Source: Chlamydiia bacterium (GTDB lineage: Bacteria > Chlamydiota > Chlamydiia > Chlamydiales > Simkaniaceae). Taken from it: a DNA stretch of 64,000 nt. Where the stretch lies: contig JAJACH010000002.1 of the NCBI GenBank assembly GCA_022601645.1, positions 445,696 through 509,695 of the forward strand. Direction: 5' to 3'. This document shows positions 28,900 through 39,103 of the stretch, piece after piece (position 1 is the first letter of the stretch; every line of letters starts with the position of its first letter). The notes under the pieces were generated by a model. That model ran no database searches. It had not been told where the DNA came from and worked only from the letters and a program-made list of their open reading frames with translations. The position numbers were made by a program, and so were the translations under genes.

Positions 28900-29545
28900 A
28901 TATCACGGTCTCGGCAATGACTTTTTGATCATTGATAACCGAGACCATCGTTATAGCCTGTGTGCTTCAAAGCTTTGCCACAGGCAAAAAGGCATTGGCG
29001 CAGACGGCGTAATTCTCTTCGAAGATTCAGAAATTGCAGACTTTAAAATGCGTGTTTTAAACAGCGATGGGGGAGAAGCCGAAATGTGCGGCAATGGTCT
29101 GCGCTGTTTGGTGCTTCACTTGCGTGAAAACGGCTTGCCATGCGAGAGCATAGAAACGCTCTCAGGGATCCTAGAAGTGGAAAACGACTGGATTAGTTTA
29201 GGTGAGCCAACAGTTACAAAAGACATCATCAATACAGGCGTTCCTCACGTTGTCCTTTTTGAGCCCTGGGATGAGTGGTTAGGGGAACGGCTTTGTCGCG
29301 AACGCTCTTCTAACATCAACTTTGTCACGAAAACAGATAACGGATTGCACGTTCAAACATATGAACGCGGCGTTGGGCCAACGCTTTTTTGTGGGACAGG
29401 AGGGGCTGCAAGCGCGTTTGCATATGGCATCTGGCCCATCTGTGTAAATGACGAAATGTTTTACGACCTAAGACAAAAGAAAATTTGGATGAAAGGACCT
29501 GCCAAACACGTTTTTAATGGCGAGATTAATGCTAATTTGCTATAG
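28868..29545 (+). CDS. dapF: Diaminopimelate epimerase (short form)
   Basis: [14 protein letters not shown] and the two catalytic Cys motifs MCGNGLRC and FCGTGGAAS. It overlaps the clpP 3' end. Confidence 0.8.
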   Translation: MQLSQVIKISKYHGLGNDFLIIDNRDHRYSLCASKLCHRQKGIGADGVILFEDSEIADFKMRVLNSDGGEAEMCGNGLRCLVLHLRENGLPCESIETLSGILEVENDWISLGEPTVTKDIINTGVPHVVLFEPWDEWLGERLCRERSSNINFVTKTDNGLHVQTYERGVGPTLFCGTGGAASAFAYGIWPICVNDEMFYDLRQKKIWMKGPAKHVFNGEINANLL

Positions 29546-29557
29546 TCTTTCCTTATT

Positions 29558-30667
29558 ATGCTAATTGGAATTCCAAAAGAGGTCAAAAACCATGAAAATC
29601 GCGTTGGCGCGACTCCTGCTATGGTTTATGCCCTTGTATCAGGTGGCCATGAAGTCCTGATCGAAAAAGGTGCAGGAGAGAGAATCGGTTTTTCAGACGC
29701 CATGTATGAAGAATCTGGCGCTAAAATTGTGGAAAAGGCAATCGATGTTTACTCAGCTGAGATGATCATCAAAGTCAAAGAACCACAGCCTAGCGAATAT
29801 GGATACTTAAAAGAAGATCAAATTCTCTTTACCTACCTGCACTTAGCTCCCGATCCCGAACAAACAAAAGCCCTCTTAGAGGCAAAAGTTGTAGGCATTG
29901 CCTATGAAACCGTTATTGACAAAGACGGGCGCTTACCTCTTTTAACGCCCATGAGTGAAGTGGCAGGGCGCATTGCCATCCAAGCTGGCGCTTCAGCGCT
30001 TCAAATGGCAGGCGGCGGACGCGGCGTTCTCTTAGGCGGCGTCCCAGGAGTTGCTCCTGGAAAAGTCATGATCATCGGCGCTGGCGTTGTCGGCACCAAT
30101 GCCGCCAAAATGGCCATGGGCCTTGGCGCGAATGTCACCATTTTAGACCGCTCCCTCAATCGACTAAGAGAACTCGACGAACTTTACGGTGCAAGGTTAA
30201 CCACCATGTATTCTACACCACAGGTGATCAAAGAACACGCAAGGCACGCGGACCTCATCATTGGAGCTGTGCTTATTCCCGGTAAAATGGCCCCGAAACT
30301 TGTCGATAAACAGACCATTTCAGAGATGAAAAAGGGCGCTGTCATCGTCGATGTAGCCATTGACCAAGGCGGTTGCTTTGAAACATCACGACCAACTACC
30401 CATGCAGACCCTGTTTATGAGGTCGATGGCGTTGTCCATTATTGCGTCACAAATATGCCTGGAGGCTGTGCACGTACAGCAACAATGGCCTTAACAAACG
30501 CCACCATGCCATTTGCCCTGAAAATTGCAAGTTTAGGCTATAAAAAAGCACTTCTAGAAGATCCATGGCTTCTGCCTGGATTAAATGTTTACCAAGGTAA
30601 AGTGACTAACCGTCACGTAGCCATGGACTTAGGGTATGACTACTTCCCACCTGAAAAATTGCTCTAG
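29558..30667 (+). CDS. ald: Alanine dehydrogenase
   Basis: [18 protein letters not shown]-terminus and a GAGVVG NAD-binding loop. 369 aa, full-length for AlaDH. Confidence 0.9.
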   Translation: MLIGIPKEVKNHENRVGATPAMVYALVSGGHEVLIEKGAGERIGFSDAMYEESGAKIVEKAIDVYSAEMIIKVKEPQPSEYGYLKEDQILFTYLHLAPDPEQTKALLEAKVVGIAYETVIDKDGRLPLLTPMSEVAGRIAIQAGASALQMAGGGRGVLLGGVPGVAPGKVMIIGAGVVGTNAAKMAMGLGANVTILDRSLNRLRELDELYGARLTTMYSTPQVIKEHARHADLIIGAVLIPGKMAPKLVDKQTISEMKKGAVIVDVAIDQGGCFETSRPTTHADPVYEVDGVVHYCVTNMPGGCARTATMALTNATMPFALKIASLGYKKALLEDPWLLPGLNVYQGKVTNRHVAMDLGYDYFPPEKLL

Positions 30668-30700
30668 AAAATAAGCATTTTTTCATGTATTTATAGAGGT

Positions 30701-33700
30701 ATGGAGGTCTCAACTGTCCTCTTTTCGGAGGGCACCTATCAAGTGCAGGTTCTCAACCATGAAAATGGTGAGGAATTCTGGCCGTTTCTCCAGATCAATG
30801 ATCTGGGTGAGCTCAAGGATGCCTTTTGCACGTGTGAAGAGGAGGGGCGCTGTTCCCACCAGAAAGAAAGCCTAGCCTTTATCACGGCTAAGGGCGATCC
30901 ATTGCATGTCCGTTTTCGGAACTCTTTTTGGAATCAAATCTGTTTAATGGCCGCAAAGCGCCACGGGTTTGAAGCTAAATCGTTTAAGATAGTTGGTGAA
31001 AGCTATTTTATCGATGATGTGAAAGTCATCACTGCGCTTAACAACGATGGAAAAAGGATCCTCTCAGAATTTATTGAGAATAGGGTAGAGGAAACAGAGG
31101 AGACATCCCTTAAATTTTCTAATCTCTCAGAAGATGACATCGCTCTATGGAGAAAGGGCAAACCCACAGAGCACTTGTCTTATGAACTGTCTCCATGGTC
31201 AGATCTTGCTAAAGCCATGATGATCTTTGAAGAGCACGGCTCAGAGTACAAGCTCGATTTTTCTGGAGGAGATCTCCCGGATCAGCTGACCATCACGTTC
31301 CCTTATTTTGAGATTTTCCTCCAAATTGCCAAAGTCAACTGGCCATCCCTTATTCCGACACTCCCAACTGTTGAAACACCATTTTGCGTCCATGAATTCC
31401 GCAATGTAATCGTGGAGAAAATGGAATACGATGCAGAGAAACGAGAGCTCAGAGTCTTTAAATCGGTTAAATGCGAGGACAAAGAGGAAAAACCCATTGT
31501 CTCCTTAAATGGATGGGATTTTTATCCCGATCATGGGTTTTACCCCACTAAGACAGATGAATTCTTTGAGAAAGAAGTGATGCGAGAGGACGAGATCGCC
31601 GATGTGCTCCGTTCCCACACAGAGGTCATCAAGCGCTACTTAAAGAACGTTTCCTTTCATGAAGGGGCAGAAGAACCCAAATACCATATTTATTTCGATG
31701 ACGAAAAAAACCTCCATATCGACGCTTACATTCACGAGATTGGAGATATGCAACGCCCCTTAAGCACGCGTTATGGCCCTTGGATCTATGTAGAAGGTGG
31801 GGGCTTTTGTCTGCTTGAAAACGTGATGTTCGACGATCTAAAAAAAGTCGTGCATTTTCCCCTTGTTGCCGAATTTGTTACCAAGCACAAAACCTTCTTA
31901 AATAACTTCGAAGGCTTTCAAATTCACCTCACCGCTTTAGAAATGCGCATGACCTATCGCATCGAGAAGAAAAAAGCGCTAATTTTTGAGAACCAGTCCG
32001 AACTACTTGTTGAATCCCAAGATATCCTCGATTTTGGAGAGTGGGCGTACGTCGCCTCGCGTGGCTTTTACAGCAAAGCCGCAAAACCTGGCAAAATTCA
32101 GCACGGCACACGCGTCCCCTGGGAGGAAATCACCGATTTTATCGTAGAACATCACGATGAGCTCGAACAAGTCGGAACATTTTTCCATTCAGACAACGAC
32201 TGTCCACTAGAGAAATTTGGACTAGAGGTCACCCTTGGAAAAAAATCCGTCATCACCATCACTCCTCACATCGTCTACAAGAAAGGAGTAGATGCAGAAT
32301 TCATCGGTGATTACGTGTATGAGGAGGGGAAAGGCTTTTGCGCCATCCCAGCTAAATGGCACTTACCCAAGAAATTTCGTTCCAAAGTTGAAATTCAAGC
32401 CAAGGGCGAAGCCTACTTTGTCACCCACGAGCTGTCGAAAATTAAACCGTTTATCACCAAAATCGACCCCAAACTCGTCACGCCGCGCAACTTCTACCTC
32501 CACATTAAGCAAATCGAGCGAGATGGCCCCGATTGGGTCATGAGCGTTAACTACGAGAGCGAACTCGGGCAAGAAACCGTTGGACGCTTCTTACGGGCCG
32601 TACAAAAAAACGACTCGTATATCATGTGTAAAGCTGGCCTAATCACCTTAAAAGATCCCCGCTTTGGTTGGCTGCGAAACCTTTCAAAAGAACGGATCAT
32701 CTCCAACGGGCGGAAGGTCAAACTTACAACACTTGAGTGGATTAAAATGACGCTCATCGAAGACATCGTCTACCCACGCTACCGTGAGTCACTCAAACTC
32801 CTCGACCAACTCGAAAGCTTTGAAACAGATATCCCCATCAAACTAAATCGCCTCGAATCCCAGCTCAGACCCTACCAGGAAATCGGGGTGAAATGGCTCT
32901 GGTTCCTCTACCAAAATGGACTCTCAGGGATGCTTTGCGATGAAATGGGGCTTGGTAAAACACACCAAGCGATGGCTTTGTTATCTCTTGTCGAAAGAGG
33001 GGAAAAATGCCTAGTCGTCTGCCCAACATCCGTCATCTACCACTGGGAAGAGCTATTAGAAAAATTCCTCCCGGACGCCCTTGTCACCACCTACTACGGC
33101 CTAAAGCGCGATATCGGTAGCGGCTGGGAAATCCTTCTCACTTCCTTTGGAACACTTCGTACTGATCGAGAAATCCTCACAGAAATTGATTGGGAAGTCG
33201 CCATCTTCGATGAACTTCAAAACGCAAAAAACACCCAATCCCAAACGCATAAAGTCCTCTCAGAAATCAAAGCGCGTATGCGCATCGGCCTAACCGGTAC
33301 CCCAATTGAAAACCGCTTAACAGAACTCAAAGCCCTCTTTGATATCGTCCTACCCCAATACTTCCCCCCACCAACACCCTATCGTGAACATTTTGTTAAC
33401 CCCATTGAAAAACACGACGATAAACACACTAAAGAACTCCTCTCACGCATGATACGCCCGTTTATGATGAGACGCAAAAAAGCCGATGTTTTAGACGACC
33501 TACCAGACAAAATTGAAGAAGTCGTTCACTGCACCATGAGTGATGAACAAATGACACTCTACAAAGAAGCTTTCCTCGCAGAGCGCGATGAACTTTCCAA
33601 AAAAATCGACGATGAAAACGAGCCCGTACCTTACGTCCATGTCTTTGCTATCATCAACAAACTCAAACAAATCTGTAACCACCCAGCCCTTATTACAAAA

Positions 33701-34255
33701 GAGCCCTACCAGAAACAAGAAAGCGGAAAGTGGGAACTGTTCCTAGAACTCCTAGGTGAAATACGCGACTCAGGACAAAAACTCGTCATCTTCTCCCAGT
33801 ACCTTGGCATGCTTGATATCATCGAAAATCACCTTAAAGAACATAACATTCCCTTTGCAGCCGTGCGAGGCACAACGCGAAACCGGAAAGAAGAACTTGA
33901 ACGCTTCCGCGACGATCCAAAATGCGAAGTCTTCGTCGCTTCCCTAAAAGCCGTTGGTGTAGGGGTCGACCTCGTTTCAGCCTCTGTTGTCATCCACTAT
34001 GACCGTTGGTGGAACCCCGCCGTCGAAGACCAAGCAACAGACCGCGTCCACCGTATCGGACAAAAACGGGGCGTCCAAGTCTTCAAACTCGTTTCCAAAC
34101 ACTCCATCGAAGAACACATCGACAACATCATCTTAAAAAAACAAGGCCTCATGGAAGGGATCCTAGGCTTTGACGACCACAACCACATCAAGCAGTTAAC
34201 CCGCAACGAGCTCAAAGAATTACTTGAGCTTATCGAACGCGACATCGAATTCTAA
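30701..34255 (+). CDS. SNF2-family helicase/ATPase with an N-terminal SWIM-like zinc finger
   Basis: CTCEEEGRCSH (SWIM CxC..CxH), helicase motifs DEMGLGKT and DELQNAKN, and a C-terminal HELICc (NPAVEDQATDRVHRIGQ). Confidence 0.9.
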   Translation: MEVSTVLFSEGTYQVQVLNHENGEEFWPFLQINDLGELKDAFCTCEEEGRCSHQKESLAFITAKGDPLHVRFRNSFWNQICLMAAKRHGFEAKSFKIVGESYFIDDVKVITALNNDGKRILSEFIENRVEETEETSLKFSNLSEDDIALWRKGKPTEHLSYELSPWSDLAKAMMIFEEHGSEYKLDFSGGDLPDQLTITFPYFEIFLQIAKVNWPSLIPTLPTVETPFCVHEFRNVIVEKMEYDAEKRELRVFKSVKCEDKEEKPIVSLNGWDFYPDHGFYPTKTDEFFEKEVMREDEIADVLRSHTEVIKRYLKNVSFHEGAEEPKYHIYFDDEKNLHIDAYIHEIGDMQRPLSTRYGPWIYVEGGGFCLLENVMFDDLKKVVHFPLVAEFVTKHKTFLNNFEGFQIHLTALEMRMTYRIEKKKALIFENQSELLVESQDILDFGEWAYVASRGFYSKAAKPGKIQHGTRVPWEEITDFIVEHHDELEQVGTFFHSDNDCPLEKFGLEVTLGKKSVITITPHIVYKKGVDAEFIGDYVYEEGKGFCAIPAKWHLPKKFRSKVEIQAKGEAYFVTHELSKIKPFITKIDPKLVTPRNFYLHIKQIERDGPDWVMSVNYESELGQETVGRFLRAVQKNDSYIMCKAGLITLKDPRFGWLRNLSKERIISNGRKVKLTTLEWIKMTLIEDIVYPRYRESLKLLDQLESFETDIPIKLNRLESQLRPYQEIGVKWLWFLYQNGLSGMLCDEMGLGKTHQAMALLSLVERGEKCLVVCPTSVIYHWEELLEKFLPDALVTTYYGLKRDIGSGWEILLTSFGTLRTDREILTEIDWEVAIFDELQNAKNTQSQTHKVLSEIKARMRIGLTGTPIENRLTELKALFDIVLPQYFPPPTPYREHFVNPIEKHDDKHTKELLSRMIRPFMMRRKKADVLDDLPDKIEEVVHCTMSDEQMTLYKEAFLAERDELSKKIDDENEPVPYVHVFAIINKLKQICNHPALITKEPYQKQESGKWELFLELLGEIRDSGQKLVIFSQYLGMLDIIENHLKEHNIPFAAVRGTTRNRKEELERFRDDPKCEVFVASLKAVGVGVDLVSASVVIHYDRWWNPAVEDQATDRVHRIGQKRGVQVFKLVSKHSIEEHIDNIILKKQGLMEGILGFDDHNHIKQLTRNELKELLELIERDIEF

Positions 34256-34415
34256 TTTTTAGGGGATGATGAGCGTCGTATTTTGGCATACAGCACGACC
34301 GTTTTTCTATTCGAAAAACTTATACCAAACTACTTGCTCCTAACCCCTAAAAAATATGTCAAACCTTTATAGATGAGGGTTTAAGCAAATCCTAGACTTG
34401 GTGTATCATGCTCCC

Positions 34416-35711
34416 ATGACACTTGCCAAAATAGCCATTGTAGGACGCCCAAACGTGGGTAAGTCCGCTCTATTCAATAGGATATGCAAAAAACGCATCT
34501 CCATCGTCGATGAAGCAGAGGGCATCACGCGTGACCGTATCATCGCAAAAGCCGATATCTTCGGGACCCCCTTTGAAATAATCGATACAGCCGGGATCGG
34601 CCATGAGTGGGAAGATGTCAAAGAACAAATTGAAATCGCCATCGAAGAGGCTGATCGCCTCGTCATGGTTGTCGACTCACGAATAGGCCTAACCGAAGAA
34701 GACATGGACGTCGCTAAGATCGTCCGCCGCTCAGGCAAAGAAGTCTTTTTAGCTGTTAACAAAGTCGATAACCGCCATAGCACAGACGCTATTCACGAGT
34801 TTCACCGCCTTGGATTTAAGAAAATCTACGCCGTATCCGCGCTCCAAGGATTTAATATTGCAGAGCTTTTCATTGACGTCCTAGACGGCCTGGAATCTCA
34901 AATTGATCCACGCGATGAGAAAGTCCGAGTGACATTCATCGGCCGCGCCAACGTTGGTAAATCCACGCTTGTCAACCAGCTGGCTAAAGAAAAGCGCTGC
35001 GTTGTGCGTGATGTCCCAGGTACCACCCGCGATAAAGTCGATATCCACATCGGCTCCTATACCTTTACCGATACAGCCGGTATCAGACGGAAAAGCGCCG
35101 AAAAAGAAGTCGTTGATAAATTCGCCGTTGTGCGGACCTTAGAAGCGCTCAAAGATTCCGACGTCGCTGTCCTCCTACTCGATGCTCGAGAGGGGATGAC
35201 CCGTCAAGAAAAACGCATTATGGAAACCATTGAAGCCGCTGGTAAGGGCCTGATCATCTTCTTCAATAAATGGGACCTGATCAAAGAATTTCGCATGGAA
35301 CACTGCTTAAAACAAATCCGCGACGAAGTTCCCTTTCTTAACTTCTGCCCCGTCATCTTTGGCTCGGCTAAAACTGGCCGCAACATGGAACAACTTGTCC
35401 ATCATGTCGATCTTGTTAAAGAAGCCATGGGACAACGTGTCCCCACAGGAGCCCTTAATAGCGCGATTGAAAAAATCATGCAAAAATACCACCCACCGAT
35501 GATCCGCGGCAAACGCCTTCGCCTTTACTACACAACGCAAGTAAAAGCCCACCCGCCGATCTTCGTCTCATTTGCCAACTACCCCGACCTCATGACCGGT
35601 TCGTACAAACGCTACCTCACAAATGAACTGCGCAAGGTCTTTCCCTTTACTGGCGTGCCACTTGTTCACCAAATTCGCCAAAAAGCCCGATCAACTCCGA
35701 ACTTCGGATAG
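34416..35711 (+). CDS. der: Ribosome-associated GTPase Der (EngA)
   Basis: Two tandem GTPase domains with GRPNVGKS and GRANVGKS P-loops and a KH-like C-terminus. The start was chosen at MTLAKIAIVG. Confidence 0.9.
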   Translation: MTLAKIAIVGRPNVGKSALFNRICKKRISIVDEAEGITRDRIIAKADIFGTPFEIIDTAGIGHEWEDVKEQIEIAIEEADRLVMVVDSRIGLTEEDMDVAKIVRRSGKEVFLAVNKVDNRHSTDAIHEFHRLGFKKIYAVSALQGFNIAELFIDVLDGLESQIDPRDEKVRVTFIGRANVGKSTLVNQLAKEKRCVVRDVPGTTRDKVDIHIGSYTFTDTAGIRRKSAEKEVVDKFAVVRTLEALKDSDVAVLLLDAREGMTRQEKRIMETIEAAGKGLIIFFNKWDLIKEFRMEHCLKQIRDEVPFLNFCPVIFGSAKTGRNMEQLVHHVDLVKEAMGQRVPTGALNSAIEKIMQKYHPPMIRGKRLRLYYTTQVKAHPPIFVSFANYPDLMTGSYKRYLTNELRKVFPFTGVPLVHQIRQKARSTPNFG

Positions 35712-35782
35712 AGTGATCACCTCTGAATTTTAACACGTCTCTTCTAAAGAAAGGTTTTCTTGTCTGACCTTACTCTGTATGA

Positions 35783-36154
35783 CTAAGGCAAGCGCTGCAT
35801 GTAAAATTGGGTGGGAGTTTCTATAGGCTCGTCTCCAGCAGTTGGTGCCCGGGCGACCTCAGTGAATCTACAATGAGTACTTTGGTTTAGGGCAATTGCA
35901 TGTAGATCAATCGTACCATCAGGACGGGCAGTCATTGTTACCGTCATATGGGCTCCGGTTGGTGCGATTGGGGTGATTTTATAAATATGAGGACCTTCTC
36001 CAACCCCAGGTACAAGGGCTGCAGCTCCTAAATCCTCAATTTTAACACGGACTGGTTCTAAGGGGTCCAGATGAGCTGGTGGTGCAAAGGCAACTAGAGC
36101 TCCAGGGTGGGGAGCTAATTCTGGTGGGGCTCCACCTGGTGTATAAATAGACAT
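35783..36154 (-). CDS. Hypothetical protein (Pro/Ala-rich; N-terminus MSIYTPGGAPP)
   Basis: 123-aa ORF in an otherwise empty interval, followed by an AT-rich spacer. No motif recognised. Confidence 0.45.
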   Translation of the reverse strand: MSIYTPGGAPPELAPHPGALVAFAPPAHLDPLEPVRVKIEDLGAAALVPGVGEGPHIYKITPIAPTGAHMTVTMTARPDGTIDLHAIALNQSTHCRFTEVARAPTAGDEPIETPTQFYMQRLP

Positions 36155-36259
36155 AATGACCTCTTTTTGTTTGTTGAATAAATAATTATAGCATATTAAT
36201 TACTTTAACACAATAAAATCATAACTAACTAGTAAGTAAGAGGATGGGTGCGTATCTTG

Positions 36260-36571
36260 TTATAGTTGCTCGAATAAGTGTTGCACAAGGGGGATCCCTA
36301 CGGCTGTAACAACAGCTCCTATTACACCGATTGCAATAACAGGAATCGTGTTGTTGAGGATGTCTTGAGGGCCCATTATATTAAAGGCTAATGCATTTTT
36401 AGGATCTCTAGCATCATGAAGTGCAACAACGACACTTCCACTTAGACCAATTACCATTCCAGGGAGAGCATTTAGACCTACTGTTGTCGCTTTTTCAACA
36501 ACAGTCCCCCAAGAAGGAATGTTCACGTAGTCACAGATAGAGTAGCTTTTAGTATCGGTAGTTACAAACAT
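36260..36571 (-). CDS. Small membrane protein (two hydrophobic helices)
   Basis: 103 aa. The helices are LPGMVIGLSGSVVVAL and IPVIAIGVIGAVVTAVGIPLV. Confidence 0.4.
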   Translation of the reverse strand: MFVTTDTKSYSICDYVNIPSWGTVVEKATTVGLNALPGMVIGLSGSVVVALHDARDPKNALAFNIMGPQDILNNTIPVIAIGVIGAVVTAVGIPLVQHLFEQL

Positions 36572-36614
36572 GACGGAAAGGATAAGGCATCATCTACAAT
36601 TGTTGCCAGCTTAT

Positions 36615-37853
36615 TTAGTAGCCCTGTGCTGCTAATAGGCCGAGAACGGAGTTATAGTAAGGTGATGAACCTTGTTGTGAATACGGCCCAGGCATTGTCT
36701 TCATATACTTGTTAACATTGTCATTAAGAGTAGTTAAAAGTGAAGCTCCCTTGGGGTTGGTATAAAGTGGTTTGCCTGAAATATTATTATTCATGAGCGT
36801 ATCAAGCGCATACGCAACGGGTGCATCAAAGGCTGGAGATGAGCCAGGAGAACCAATAGGGTTTCCATCTAATTTATAGCCTTCTGGGCTAAGAGAATGT
36901 GTACCACCTGTTTTCTGAATAAATGTGTTCATCATTGGCGTAAGGATTTTGATAATTTCCTTGGCATTTGCATCTGTTGTTGAAACCGCCTGGAGATATC
37001 CAGCAAGTCGCATTGGTACTCGGCATGCATCAAAGGAATAAACTAGATTTTTTGGAAAATTTGGAGCTTTATCTTGAGGGTTAGTTGTATCACACCAGTC
37101 TGGTATAAGCCCGGTTGTTGGATTTGCAGACTGTGCAATCTCAGCTAAACAATTTGAAGTTAGTGCACTCCAATTATCTCCTGCACTTTTATCAAATTCA
37201 GCGAATTGCATCCACATTGTAGGATCAACATAACTTGGGTCAAAGTTATGTTGCCCTGCAGTTCCCCAATTATCACCAGGTAAAATCATGGGCTTTCCGT
37301 CTTTTGTAAAAACGTCGTACTTAAATATATTTTGAAGCATTGTGTGCGCTTCACTTGTGTAATTAAACTCAGAATCACTAGGCCATTTTTTGCCAGCTTG
37401 CATCAAAGCGTAAGCCATTCCCATATCGGCATCAGTGGCAGATCCTTTACCAACAACAGCACCACTGGAGTTAATTTCCCAATTCATTAACCCATGAGTA
37501 TCAAATTTACTTTTTGCATAACTGAAAAGAGCTCCGAATACTTTTTGCGTTGGAAAAGAGGTGATTTTCCCATTAAAATTGATGGGAATATCTTTTTCGT
37601 TTGAGTGAACAAGTAAACGCAAAGCATAGGCAGTTCCTTCGGAATTACTCATGACACCAGAAGAGGTATTGTCAAAGTTAACGCGACACTGGGACAGTGA
37701 TGAGCTACTACCCCAACCTGCAATAAATTGACTGCACCAGTGATCTAGATCAGAAGTTGTTTCAGGATTTAAGGATGTTTCGGAACTCTCATTGATAGGA
37801 TCTATTGGATTGAAGTGACTATTGTGCGGGTTAACCCCATCTATATTTGTCAT
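36615..37853 (-). CDS. Glycoside hydrolase family 8 (endoglucanase/BcsZ-like), no Sec signal
   Basis: SNSEGTAYALRLLV (catalytic Glu box SEGQxYG-like), GSATDADMGMAYALMQA (ATDADxxxAxAL box) and FDPSYVDP (NPSY box). The N-terminal ~45 aa are polar and not hydrophobic. Confidence 0.7.
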   Translation of the reverse strand: MTNIDGVNPHNSHFNPIDPINESSETSLNPETTSDLDHWCSQFIAGWGSSSSLSQCRVNFDNTSSGVMSNSEGTAYALRLLVHSNEKDIPINFNGKITSFPTQKVFGALFSYAKSKFDTHGLMNWEINSSGAVVGKGSATDADMGMAYALMQAGKKWPSDSEFNYTSEAHTMLQNIFKYDVFTKDGKPMILPGDNWGTAGQHNFDPSYVDPTMWMQFAEFDKSAGDNWSALTSNCLAEIAQSANPTTGLIPDWCDTTNPQDKAPNFPKNLVYSFDACRVPMRLAGYLQAVSTTDANAKEIIKILTPMMNTFIQKTGGTHSLSPEGYKLDGNPIGSPGSSPAFDAPVAYALDTLMNNNISGKPLYTNPKGASLLTTLNDNVNKYMKTMPGPYSQQGSSPYYNSVLGLLAAQGY

Positions 37854-37952
37854 AAATACACACCCTTTTTATTAATAAGTAAATGGGGGGAGTGATTTTT
37901 GTCATTATTTATTTTTTTTATAATATAAGGTAAAAGATCTTCTATAACTGAG

Positions 37953-38167
37953 TAGGTGGGGTCCCGCTTATAGGTGATGCCACCGATTTCTTTAGTGCGC
38001 TACACCCAGTCATCTTTGTTTTCAGGGAGGAGGCGATCACATCCCATGATGTAACCCTTAACAAAGCCGTGGCGGCGCATGGCAAGCAGCATGTAGCGCG
38101 CTGAGGTGTCTGCTGGTGAGATGATGTTTTGGTGGCTAGAAAATTTAGAGGAACAACCCGGTTTCAA
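37953..38167 (-). pseudogene. Truncated, degraded copy of the 3' part of the YidD-like gene at 39104..39523
   Basis: 37953..38135 aligns to 39108..39314, with 15 mismatches counted by eye and one 24-nt in-frame deletion. TAC is changed to TAG (38000-38002 on the + strand), the normal stop is lost, and there is no 5' half. Confidence 0.65.
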
Positions 38168-39001
38168 CTAAGAAGTTTTGTGGCATAGATTAAAAATTGC
38201 GTACGCGGCTGATTTTACTCTATCTGGTTCGGTATTTTTCTGTAGTTTTCTCACGTTCATAATTAATCTCTTAATCATTTTTCTTGAAATGGTACCTTTG
38301 TAGGCTTCGGAAATCGCTTTGTGCAGTCCTGGGACATTCCTTGACCTGGTGGCAGCATCATAGATTACTTGGCATTGGTCAGGTTGTTCCAACACCCTAT
38401 ACTCTAAGTCATGAGGTTTAAGGGAAGGCAAACCGATTGTATGGGAAGGGCCTACAACCCGTAAGATTTTTAAAGCGGTTTGATGATAACGCTTTGCCTT
38501 TCCTGGATTACCCAGGAGTATATGCTTAAGTGCACGTACTATATGGCTGAGCGATGTTAGATCGCCATGTAATTTGTATTGCATGCTTAGAGTAGTAAAA
38601 GTCTTGGGAGGGGTAAAGCTTTTCTTTGCAATGTTGACGAGTTGTTCACATAGCGTTTTATGCCTCAAGATAACAGAAGATAAACCACCATGAGGTTTGG
38701 CTACGGGAAGTATAGTTGCACTTGCGGCGGCATTTTTTATTCTTCTAACTAGAGTGATGAAGTCTTCTGGCAATATGGCAGTTTGTCTCTCATCATCAAG
38801 TATTCTAAGCGTTCTTATGACATTCTTGACATATTGTGTTTTTAGAAGAGTTATTCTGCATATAAGCTGAACGTCTGAGTCACGAGTTCTATCGTATTGA
38901 GCGGCGTCAACAAACAACTTACATGCATCTGGTGCGTGCTCAAGTAAAGAAAGTTTTCTTTCTGATGTAAAATGTGAAAAACTTGAAATTGCGGTAGCCA
39001 T
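38168..39001 (-). CDS. Hypothetical protein (277 aa, orphan)
   Basis: Long ORF in an AT-rich segment, bracketed by the two copies of the YidD-like 3' sequence. No recognisable motif. Confidence 0.5.
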   Translation of the reverse strand: MATAISSFSHFTSERKLSLLEHAPDACKLFVDAAQYDRTRDSDVQLICRITLLKTQYVKNVIRTLRILDDERQTAILPEDFITLVRRIKNAAASATILPVAKPHGGLSSVILRHKTLCEQLVNIAKKSFTPPKTFTTLSMQYKLHGDLTSLSHIVRALKHILLGNPGKAKRYHQTALKILRVVGPSHTIGLPSLKPHDLEYRVLEQPDQCQVIYDAATRSRNVPGLHKAISEAYKGTISRKMIKRLIMNVRKLQKNTEPDRVKSAAYAIFNLCHKTS

Positions 39002-39103
39002 GATTGTTCCTCCTTTCTGTATCTAGGATAATATTATAATGGAAAATAAAAAGCACCTGAAATTTAAGAAAGTATAAATATTTTGTGCGGGAGGATGAGC
39101 TAT

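Noticed and set aside
34256-34353. 10-nt inverted repeat TTTTTAGGGG ... CCCCTAAAAA, 78 nt apart, between the SNF2 helicase gene and der
   Set aside because: The spacer is long with no supporting internal pairing that I could see. There is no adjacent U-run and no second copy for comparison. It is probably fortuitous.
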